Assembly (NCBI GenBank): GCA_004764695.1
Contig: SMSO01000025.1
Location: forward strand, 1,364,001 to 1,428,000
Direction of reading: 5' to 3'
Length of the DNA stretch: 64,000 nt
Origin: Schizochytrium sp. TIO01
Lineage: Eukaryota; Protista; Bigyra: Labyrinthulomycetes
Shown: one piece after another, positions 50,201-62,200 of the stretch
Layout of the letters: every line of letters begins with the position of its first letter
Numbering within the stretch: the first letter of the stretch is position 1
The notes under the pieces: generated by a model
Told to the model about the DNA's origin: nothing
The model's database searches: none
The model's input: the letters and a program-made list of their open reading frames with translations, nothing else
Program-made: the position numbers and the translations under genes

Positions 50201-53200
50201 CCAACACTCAACGAAATTGATCCACCAGCTCCTGCAGTACCAGCTGTGCCAGTCGACACAGTGAATCCTCCAGAGTTACCACTTGAAGACGAGCCTGTTG
50301 AAATACTCACCGAACCGCTAGCTCCACTGGTACCCGCATTTGGAGTGATCAAAGTGATTGCGCCAGTTGTAATCCCAGATCCAGAGGTAAACGTCAATGC
50401 ACCTCCTGTTCCAGATGTTGAGCCACCGCCAATCAGTTGAACAGAGCCACCAACACCCGAAGATGTTGAGCCACCCGTAAGTTCCACTGAGCCGCCAGTG
50501 CCCGTACCACTTGCACCACCGCCATTCAGATTCAATGCAGCCCCGCCAGCATTAGTACCAGTGCTCGTACTCGGGCCAATCGTGATGGCACCTGAGGTTC
50601 CTGAGGTTGTAGTACCACTAGAAATCGTAACAGTTCCAGACGTACCAGTGGTTCCAGTGCCTGAAGTCAGAGAAAGAGCCCCGCCAGATGTTCCACTGCC
50701 AGCATCGATGCTTGCATCGCCTCCAACAGTACTACCTACACCAGCTGCAAGAATGAGGTCACCACCAACATCGTTGCTACTGTCACCAGCAGTGACTGTT
50801 ACTGCACCGCCAGTGCCTGAGGTGCTAGTTCCGGTTGAGATCGTGATCGAACCACCAGCCGTTGTTGCTGTACCGGTACTCAAGGTCAGCGATCCCGAAG
50901 CACCTGCGGTTCCTGAGCCTGATCGGATGGTCACTGCACCAGAAGAAGCAGCGTCACTACTTCCAAACATAGCAGTTCCACTTGTAGTTGAACCAGATCC
51001 TGAGAACAACGACAAACCACCGCCACTTGCTCCAGACGATACTCCACCGTTGATCGTAACAGTTCCTGCCACACCTGATACACTAGTTCCCGCGTAAATG
51101 TTGACACTACCCCCTGTTGCGCTAGTTCCAGATGTCTGGCCACCACGAATTGTCACGCTTCCTGCATTCCCAGCAGTACTCAAACCAGGAATCAACTTAA
51201 TCTCACCAGTAGAACCTGCAGATGTTCCAGTTGAAATAGTGACAACCCCGTTGATCCACTTGTCGAGGAACCTGAACCCAGATCCACAGTACCAGATACT
51301 GCTGATGTTGTTCCAACCCCTGAAGTAATTGAAACTGCGCCACCCGCAGCAGACCCTTGGCCAGCAGTAAAAGTCAACGCACCTCCAGTAGCAGCATTGG
51401 ACGTTCCTGCAGAAATCGCAACAGCACCACCAGTGCCAGATGAGCTAGCGCCAGCAGTCAATGTAATTGCACCTCCAGCAACAACACTGGCAGCATTGGC
51501 AGCACCGGCCAAGATCTGAACACCACCACCAGTGCCAGTAGCACTGCCACCTGCAGATAGCTTCACAAGACCTCCGCTGCCAGCTGTGGATGCGGTGCTT
51601 GTTGATAGAGTCAATGCACCAGTTGATCCAGAGGTAGCTGTACCAGTTGAAATAGTCACAGCACCACTTGTGCCTAGAGCAGCAGTACCAGATGCGATCG
51701 TTACAGCACCACCAGCAGTTGAGCCAGCTCCAGAAGTAAGATCGATATGTCCGCCGATTCCTGCAGATGAGGCTCCTGAAGTCAAGGTGATAGCCCCACC
51801 AGTTCCAGAGCCAGTGAGTCCACCGGCAGTCAGGACGATGTTTCCTGCAGTACTAGACGTCGCACCGGTGCTGAGTGTCAATGTTCCACTAGTACCAGTG
51901 GTAGTCGTACCTGTCTTCACAGTGATTGAGCCACTGTTGGTTGCATCAGGAGTTGCAATGGTTACTGCACCACTGGAAGTTCCGTCACCAGAATTAAAAC
52001 TCAACGATCCACCAGTACCAGAACTATCAGCACCGCCATCAATCGTCACATCGCCGCCAGTACCTCCGGTACTCGAGCCACCTTTCAGTACCAAGGTACC
52101 ACCTGTATTAGCTCCAGTCGTAGCTCCGGCTTGAACTGTAACATCACTGCCATCCGTACTGCTATCACCAGCACTGATCGTAACTGTACCTGCAGTAGTG
52201 CTGGCAAGTCCAGATGAAAGCACAATCGACCCAGAGGTACCGCTTGCACTTCCGGTTGACAATGTCAGAGGACCACTGAAAGATGTGGTTGCCGCCGATG
52301 CAGCACTGCCAATCGTCACGGCTCCAGAGCTAGTACTTGAACCAGAAGTAAAAACAAGCGCACCACCTATTCCACCAGTGGCGATACCCGCAGTCAGCGT
52401 GATATCGCTTCCTGTAGTCTGGCTGGTCGAACCAACACTGAGTGTGATTGCACCTGCAGACCCACCAACCGCAGTGCCAGTTGACAACGACACGGCACCG
52501 GAAGTACCAGCACTGGAACTGCCCGTAGAAAGACCAATGGCGCCAGTTCCAGTTGATCCTGATGAAGTCAAAGTAATTGCTCCACTACTGACCGATCCAG
52601 ATCCTGACGTCACAGCGATTGCACCACCTGTGCCAGTTGTTGCCGTACCAGAACTGATCACTACTTGGCCACCAGTACCGGAGGTACTATCACCAGCGTA
52701 CATGTTCACAGCACCACCGACCATACCAGAAGCTACAGTTTTGCCTGCGTAAATCGACACGGCTGCTCCGTTACCGCCAGAAGAGACACCAACTGACAGC
52801 GTCATTGCGCCCGCGGTACCTCCGGAGCCAGCGTTGCTGGTGGAAAGTGTTAAACTGCCACTGCCAGCAGTACTGGATGCCGCACCACTTGAAATGCTGA
52901 CAGCACCGCTTAGTCCGGTTCCTCCAGCGCCTGAAGTAATTGTAACTGCGCCACCCGCAGCAGAGCCTTGGCCTGCTGTAAATGACAAGTCACCACCCGT
53001 AGCAGCTGTAGCCTGACCTGCAGTGATGGTTACATCACCACCCGCAGTACTGCCACTGCCGACAGTTATCGAGATAGCACCTCCAGCACCACCTGTACCT
53101 GCGCCACCAGTCTGAATTGTAACACCACCAGTGGTACCACTTGATGATGTGCCAGTACTGATTGTGATACCGCCGCTAACTCCACTTGTACCACTGTTGG

Positions 53201-56200
53201 GAGTGGTCATAGAGATAGAACCACTGGTAACACCACTGCCTGAAGTGAAGGTCAATGCACCACCAGTAGTGGTAACGGAAGCTCCCGCAGTAATTGCAAC
53301 AGCACCACCAGTGCCAGATGAGCTAGCACCAGCAATCAATGTGATCGCTCCTCCAACAGCGTTTGCAGCATTGGCAGCACCGGCCAAAATCTCAACACCA
53401 CCACCAGTGCCAGTAGCACTGCCACCTGCAGACAACTTTACAAGACCTCCGCTGCCAGCTGTGGATGCGGTGCTTGTTGATAGAGTCAATGCACCAGTGG
53501 ATCCAGAGGTAGCTGTACCAGTTGAAATAGTCACAGCACCACTTGTGCCTAGAGCAGCAGTACCAGATGCGATCGTTACAGCACCACCGGCAGTTGAGCC
53601 AGCTCCAGAAGTAAGATCGATGTGTCCGCCGATTCCTGTAGATGAGGCTCCTGAAGTCAAGGTGATAGCCCCACCAGTGCCAGATCCAGTGAGTCCACCG
53701 GCAGTCAGGACGATGTTTCCTGCAGTACCAGACGTTGCACCGGTGCTGAGTGTCAATGTTCCACTAGTACCAGTGGTAGTTGCACCTGTTTTGATAGTGA
53801 TCGAGCCACTAGACACTGAATCGGCACTTGAAAATGTCGCATCTCCACTGGTCGACCCTGTGCCAGTTGTAAAGGTAAGTTCACCGCCAATACCTGAAGA
53901 ACTAGAACCAGCAGATAAAATGACAGTTCCACCAACACCATTGGCGCCTTGACTAGCGCCTGCATATAATGACACAGAACCTCCAGTCTTACTTGCAGCT
54001 GTTGTTAGACCAGCAGTCAATGTAATAGTACCACCATCGTTAGTATCACCATCACCAACAGTCATCGAGATGACGCCACCACTACCAGAGGTGGCATCTC
54101 CAGTACTAACAGTAATGGAACCTGTCGATCCTTGTGCTGATGAACCAGTAGACAGCGAGATTCCACCACTAATACCAGAAGCCCCCGAGTTTGGTGTATT
54201 CAATGAAATGATTCCAGTAGTCACCCCAGAACCAGATTTCAAAATTAAAGATCCACCAGTACCAGTACTATCAGGACCGCCATCAATCGTCACATCGCCG
54301 CCAGTACCTCCAGTACTCGAGCCACCTTTCAGTACCAAGGTACCACCTGTATTAGCTCCAGTCGTAGCTCCGGCTTGAACAGTAACATCACTGCCATCCG
54401 TACTGCTATCACCAGCACTGATCGTAACAGTACCTGCAGTAATGCTGGCAAGTCCAGATGAAAGCACAATCGACCCAGAGGTACCGCTCGCACTTCCGGT
54501 TGACAATGTCAGAGGACCACTGAAAGATGTGGTTGCCGCCGATGCAGCACTGCCAATCGTCACGGCTCCAGAGCTAGTACTTGAACCAGAAGTAAAAACA
54601 AGCGCACCACCTGTTCCACCAGTGGCGATACCCGCAGTGAGCGTGATATCGCTTCCTGTGGTCTGGCTGGTCGAACCAACACTGAGTGTGATTGCACCTG
54701 CAGACCCACCAACCGCAGTGCCAGTTGACAACGACACGGCACCGGAAGTACCAGCAGTGGAACTGCCCGTGGACAGACCAATGGCGCCAGTTCCAGTTGA
54801 TCCTGATGAAGTCAAAGTAATTGCTCCACTACTGACCGATCCAGATCCTGACGTCACAGCGATTGCACCACCTGTGCCAGTTGTTGCCGTACCAGAACTG
54901 ATCACTACTTGGCCACCAGTACCGGAGGTACTATCACCAGCGTACATGTTCACAGCACCACCCACCATACCAGAAGCTACAGTTTTGCCTGCGTAAATCG
55001 ACACGGCAGCTCCGTTACCGCCAGAAGAGACACCAACTGACAGCGTCATTGCGCCCGCGGTACCTCCGGAGCCAGCGTTGCTGGTGGAAAGTGTTAAACT
55101 GCCACTGCCAGCAGTACTGGATGCCGCACCACTTGAAATGCTGACAGCACCGCTTAGTCCGGTTCCTCCAGCGCCTGAAGTTATTGTAACTGCGCCACCT
55201 GCAGCAGAGCCTTGGCCTGCTGTAAATGACAAGTCACCGCCGGTCGAAGCTGTAGCCTGACCTGCAGTGATGGTTACATCACCACCCGCAGTACTGCCAC
55301 TGCCGACAGTTAAAGAGATAGCACCTCCAGAACCACCTGTACCTGCGCCACCAGTCTGAATGGTAACACCACCAGTGGTTCCACTGGATGATGTGCCAGT
55401 ACTGATTGTGATACCTCCGCTAACTCCACTCGTACCACTGTTGGGAGTGGTCATGGAGATAGAACCACTGGTAACACCGCTGCCTGACGTGAAAGTCAAT
55501 GCACCGCCAGTAACAGCATTGGACAATCCTGCAGAAATTGCAACAGCACCACCAGTGCCAGATGAGCTAGCGCCAGCCGTCAATGTGATTGCACCTCCAG
55601 CAACGACACTAGCAGCATTGGCAGCACCGGCCAAGATCTGAACACCACCACCAGTGCCAGTAGCACTGCCACCTGCAGACAACTTTACAAGACCTCCGCT
55701 GCCAGCTGTGGATGCGGTGCTTGTTGAAAGAGTCAATGCACCAGTGGATCCAGAGGTAGCTGTACCAGTTGAAATAGTCACAGCACCACTTGTGCCTAGA
55801 GCAGCAGTACCAGATGCGATCGTTACAGCACCACCAGCAGTTGAGCCAGCTCCAGAAGTAAGATCGATGTGTCCGCCGATTCCTGTAGATGAGGCTCCTG
55901 AAGTCAAGGTGATAGCCCCACCAGTGCCAGAGCCAGTGAGTCCACCGGCAGTCAGGACGATGTTTCCTGCAGTACCAGACGTTGCACCGGTGCTGAGTGT
56001 CAATGTTCCACTAGTACCAGTGGTAGTAGTACCTGTCTTCACAGTGATTGAGCCACTGTTCGTTGCATCAGGAGTTGCAATGGTTACTGCACCACTGGAA
56101 GTCCCGCCGCCAGACTGCAGGGTGACTGCACCACCAGTACCAGTACTTGAATCGGCGCCGCCATTAATGGTGACTTGACCGCCAGTACCAGATGCACTTG

Positions 56201-59200
56201 CACCACCCGCTAGTGCGAGCGTTCCACCAACTGCAGATGCGAAAGTGGTCGCACCACCAGTCAAAGTTGCACCAGCACCATTGGCACCGGCGGTTGTGCC
56301 TGCACTAATGGTGATAGCTCCACCTGTGCCACTTGAAGCGCCAGACGCGATTGTAACATCTCCAGAGACCCCACTTGAGGAATCTCCAGTGACAATATCA
56401 ATAAAGCCACTAACAGCGCCACTCTGAGCAGCACCGGCAGCAGTAAGAATAGAAACGGAGCCACTCGATGCGCCAGTTGAAGTGCCAGCGCCTGAAGTCA
56501 TAGAAATGCTTCCGCCTGTGTTAGCACTTGAACTACCTGCGCTAAAAGTGAGGGCGCCACCAGTACCACTGCTGCTGCTACCAACAAAAAGTGAGATGTC
56601 ACCACCCTTGCCAGCCACGGCAGTACCAGTGCTTATTGTAACATCACCTGAGGATCCACCCGTAGCAGATCCAGTAGAAATTGTCAAAGCTCCTGTTGCT
56701 TGGGATGAGCTACTGGATATATCGACAGCGCCACTCGAGGTGCCGGAACCTGAGCTCAAGGTCAAAGCACCGCCAAATGCTGAGGACGAGACGCCTCCGG
56801 CAATGGTGACGCTACCTCCAATTCCGGTGCCACCAGAACCCGCAGTGATACCTACCGAACCACCAACAGTAGAGCCTTGGCCAGCAGTAAATGTCAATGC
56901 ACCGCCTGTCGCAGCTGTAGCTTGACCTGCAGTGATGGTGACACCACCACCCGCAGTACTGCCACTGCCGACAGTTATCGAGATAGCACCTCCAGCACCA
57001 CCAGTACCTGCGCCACCAGTCTGAATTGTAACACCACCAGTGGTACCACTTGATGATGTGCCAGTACTGATTGTGATACCGCCGCTAACTCCACTTGTAC
57101 CACTGTTGGGAGTGGTCATAGAGATGGAACCACTGGTAACACCGCTGCCTGACGTGAAAGTCAATGCACCGCCAGTAATAGCACTGGATAATCCTGCAGA
57201 AATCGCAACAGCACCACCAGTGCCAGATGAGCTAGCGCCAGCAGTCAATGTAATTGCACCTCCAGCAACGACACTAGCAGAGTTGGCAGCACCGGCCAAG
57301 ATCTGAACACCACCACCAGTGCCAGTAGCACTGCCACCTGCAGACAACTTAACAAGACCTCCGCTGCCAGCTGTGGATGCGGTGCTTGTGGATAGAGTCA
57401 ATGCACCAGTTGATCCAGAGGTAGCTGTACCAGTTGAAATAGTCACAGCACCACTTGTGCCTAGAGCAGCAGTACCAGATGCGATCGTTACAGCACCACC
57501 AGCAGTTGAGCCAGCTCCAGAAGTAAGATCGATGTGTCCGCCGATTCCTGTAGATGAGGCTCCTGAAGTCAAGGTGATAGCGCCACCAGTGCCAGAGCCA
57601 GTGAGTCCACCGGCAGTCAGGACAATGTTTCCGGCAGTACTAGACGTCGCACCGGTGCTAAGTGTCAATGTTCCACTAGTACCAGTGGTAGTAGTACCTG
57701 TCTTCACAGTGATTGAGCCACTGTTCGTTGCATCAGGAGTTGCAATGGTTACTGCACCACTGGAAGTTCCGTCACCAGAATTAAAACTCAACGATCCACC
57801 AGTACCAGTACTATCAGCACCGCCATCAATCGTCACATCGCCGCCAGTACCTCCGGTACTCGAGCCACCTTTCAGTACCAAGGTACCACCTGTATTAGCT
57901 CCAGTCGTAGCTCCGGCTTGAACTGTAACATCACTGCCATCCGTACTGCTATCACCAGCACTGATCGTAACAGTACCTGCAGTAGTGCTGGCAAGTCCAG
58001 ATGAAAGCACAATCGACCCAGAGGTACCGCTTGCACTTCCGGTTGACAATGTCAGTGGACCACTGAAAGATGTGGTTGCCGCCGATGCAGCACTGCCAAT
58101 CGTCACGGCTCCAGAGCTAGTACTTGAACCAGAAGTGAAAACAAGCGCACCACCTGTTCCACCAGTGGCGATACCTGCAGTGAGCGTGATATCGCTTCCT
58201 GTAGTCTGGCTGGTCGAACCAACACTGAGTGTGATTGCACCTGCAGACCCACCAACCGCAGTGCCAGTTGACAACGACACGGCACCGGAAGTACCAGCAG
58301 TGGAACTGCCCGTGGACAGACCAATGGCTCCAGTTCCAGTAGATCCTGATGAAGTCAAAGTAATTGCTCCACTACTGAGTGATCCAGATCCTGACGTCAC
58401 AGCGATTGCACCACCTGTGCCAGTTGTTGCCGTACCAGAACTGATCACTACTTGGCCACCAGTACCGGAGGTACTATCACCAGCGTACATGTTCACAGCA
58501 CCACCGACCATACCAGAAGCTTCAGTTTTGCCTGCGTAAATCGACACGGCAGCTCCGTTACCGCCAGAAGAGACACCAACTGACAGCGTCATTGCGCCCG
58601 CGGTGCCTACGGAGCCAGCGTTGCTGGTGGAAAGTGTTAAACTGCCACTACCAGCAGTACCGGCTGCCGCACCACTGGAAATGCTGACAGCACCGCTTAG
58701 TCCGGTTCCTCCAGTGCCTGAAGTTATTGTAACTGCGCCACCCGCTGCAGAGCCTTGGCCTGCTGTAAATGACAAGTCACCACCCGTAGCAGCTGTAGCC
58801 TGACCTGCAGTGATGGTTACATCACCACCTGCAGTACTGCCACTGCCGACAGTTATCGAGATAGCACCTCCAGCACCACCTGTACCTGCGCCACCAGTCT
58901 GAATTGTAACACCACCAGTGGTACCACTTGATGATGTGCCAGTACTGATTGTGATACCGCCGCTAACTCCACTTGTACCACTGTTGGGAGTGGTCATAGA
59001 GATGGAACCACTGGTAACACCGCTGCCTGACGTGAAAGTCAATGCACCGCCAGTAATAGCACTGGATAATCCTGCAGAAATCGCAACAGCACCACCAGTG
59101 CCAGATGAGCTAGCGCCAGCGGTCAATGTGATTGCACCTCCAGCAACGACACTAGCAGAGTTGGCAGCACCGGCCAAGATCTCAACACCACCACCAGTGC

Positions 59201-62200
59201 CAGTAGCACTGCCACCTGCAGACAACTTAACAAGACCTCCGCTGCCAGCTGTGGATGCGGTGCTTGTGGATAGAGTCAATGCACCAGTTGATCCAGAGGT
59301 AGCTGTACCAGTTGAAATAGTCACAGCACCACTTGTGCCTAAAGCAGCAGTTCCAGATGCGATCGTTACAGCACCACCAGCAGTTGAGCCAGCTCCAGAA
59401 GTAAGATCGATGTGTCCGCCGATTCCTGTAGATGAGGCTCCTGAAGTCAAGGTGATAGCCCCACCAGTGCCAGAGCCAGTGAGTCCACCGGCAGTCAGGA
59501 CGATGTTTCCTGCAGTACCAGACGTTGCACCGGTGCTGAGTGTCAATGTTCCACTAGTACCAGTGGTAGTAGTACCTGTCTTCACAGTGATTGAGCCACT
59601 GTTCGTTGCATCAGGAGTTGCAATGGTTACTGCACCACTGGAAGTCCCGCCGCCAGACTGCAGGGTGACTGCACCACCAGTACCAGTACTTGAATCGGCA
59701 CCGCCATTAATGGTGACTTGACCGCCAGTACCAGATGCACTTGCACCACCCGCTAGTGCGAGCGTTCCACCAACTGCAGATGCGAAAGTGGTCGCACCAC
59801 CAGTCAAAGTTGCACCAGCACCATTGGCACCGGCGGTTGTGCCTGCACTAATGGTGATAGCTCCACCTGTGCCACTTGAAGCGCCAGACGCGATTGTAAC
59901 ATCTCCAGAGACCCCACTTGAGGAATCTCCAGTGACGATATCAATAAAGCCACTAACAGCGCCACTCTGAGCAGCACCGGCAGCAGTAAGAATAGAAACA
60001 GAGCCACTCGATGCGCCAGTTGAAGTGCCAGCGCCTGAAGTCATAGAAATGCTTCCGCCTGTGTTAGCACTTGAACTACCTGCGCTAAAAGTGAGGGCGC
60101 CACCAGTACCACTGCTGCTGCTACCAACAAAAAGTGAGATGTCACCACCCTTGCCAGCCACGGCAGTACCAGTGCTTATTGTAACATCACCTGAGGATCC
60201 ACCCGTAGCAGATCCAGTAGAAATTGTCAAAGCTCCTGTTGCTTGGGATGAGCTACTGGATATATCGACAGCGCCACTCGAGGTGCCGGAACCTGAGCTC
60301 AAGGTCAAAGCACCGCCAAATGCTGAGGACGAGACGCCTCCGGCAATGGTGACGCTACCTCCAATTCCGGTGCCACCAGAACCCGCAGTGATACCTACCG
60401 AACCACCAACAGTAGAGCCTTGGCCAGCAGTAAATGTCAATGCACCGCCTGTCGCAGCTGTAGCTTGACCTGCAGTGATGGTGACACCACCACCCGCAGT
60501 ACTGCCACTGCCGACAGTTATCGAGATAGCACCTCCAGCACCACCAGTACCTGCGCCACCAGTCTGAATTGTAACACCACCAGTGGTACCACTTGATGAT
60601 GTGCCAGTACTGATTGTGATACCGCCGCTAACTCCACTTGTACCACTGTTGGGAGTGGTCATAGAGATAGAACCACTTGTAACACCACTGCCTGAAGTGA
60701 AGGTCAATGCACCACCAGTAGTGGTAACGGAAGCTCCCGCAGTAATCGCAACAGCACCACCAGTGCCAGATGAGCTAGCACCAGCAGTCAATGTGATCGC
60801 TCCTCCAACAGCGCTTGCAGCATTGGCAGCACCTGCAGAAACTTGAACCGACCCCCCGACACCGGTCGCACTACCGCCAGCAGACAACACGACATTCCCA
60901 GCTGTTCCTGACGTTGCTTCACCAGTTGAAATAGTTACAGTTCCCGTTCCGGTAGTTCCAGATGTACCGGAAGATACAGTTACACCACCACTCTTCAGGC
61001 TGCCACCTGTGCCTGACGTGATTGTAACTGCACCACCACTTGTTGAGCCCTGGCCAGCAGTAAATGTCAATGCACCGCCCGTCGCAGCTGTAGCTTGACC
61101 TGCAGTGATCGTTACACCACCACCAACAGTACTGCCACTGCCGACACTCATCAAGATAGATCCTCCAGCACCACCTGTACCTGCGCCACCAGTCTGAATC
61201 GTAACACCACCAGTGGTACCACTTGATGATGTGCCTGTACTGATTGTGATACTTCCGCTAACTCCACTTGTACCACTGTTGGGAGTGGTCATGGAGATAG
61301 AACCACTGGTAACACCGCTGCCTGACGTGAAAGTCAATGCACCGCCAGTAACAGCATTGGACAATCCTGCAGAAATCGCAACAGCACCACCAGTGCCAGA
61401 TGAACTAGCGCCAGCGGTCAATGTTATTGCACCTCCAGCAACGACACTGGCTGAGTTGGCAGCACCGGCCAAGATCTCAACACCACCACCAGTGCCAGTA
61501 GCACTGCCACCTGCAGACAACTTAACAAGACCTCCGCTGCCAGCTGTGGATGCGGTGCTTGTGGATAGAGTCAATGCACCAGTTGATCCAGAGGTAGCTG
61601 TACCAGTTGAAATAGTCACAGCACCACTTGTGCCTAGAGCAGCAGTACCAGATGCGATCGTTACAGCACCACCAGCAGTTGAGCCAGCTCCAGAAGTAAG
61701 ATCGATGTGTCCGCCGATTCCTGTAGATGAGGCTCCTGAAGTTAAGGTGATAGCCCCACCAGTGCCAGAGCCAGTGAGTCCACCGGCAGTCAGGACAATG
61801 TTTCCGGCAGTACTAGACGTCGCACCGGTGCTAAGTGTCAATGTTCCACTAGTACCAGTGGTAGTAGTACCTGTCTTCACAGTGATTGAGCCACTGTTCG
61901 TTGCATCAGGAGTTGCAATGGTTACTGCACCACTGGAAGTTCCGTCACCAGAATTAAAACTCAACGATCCACCAGTACCAGTACTATCAGCACCGCCATC
62001 AATCGTCACATCGCCGCCAGTACCTCCGGTACTCGAGCCACCTTTCAGTACCAAGGTACCACCTGTATTAGCTCCAGTCGTAGCTCCGGCTTGAACTGTA
62101 ACATCACTGCCATCCGTACTGCTATCACCAGCACTGATCGTAACAGTACCTGCAGTAGTGCTGGCAAGTCCAGATGAAAGCACAATCGACCCAGATGTAC

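Noticed and set aside
51192-51249. Two separate giant genes (3307 aa and 4263 aa)
   Set aside because: The junction lies inside a 1260-bp duplication whose twin is in frame, and one missing C explains the split. The listed starts are TTG codons inside repeats.
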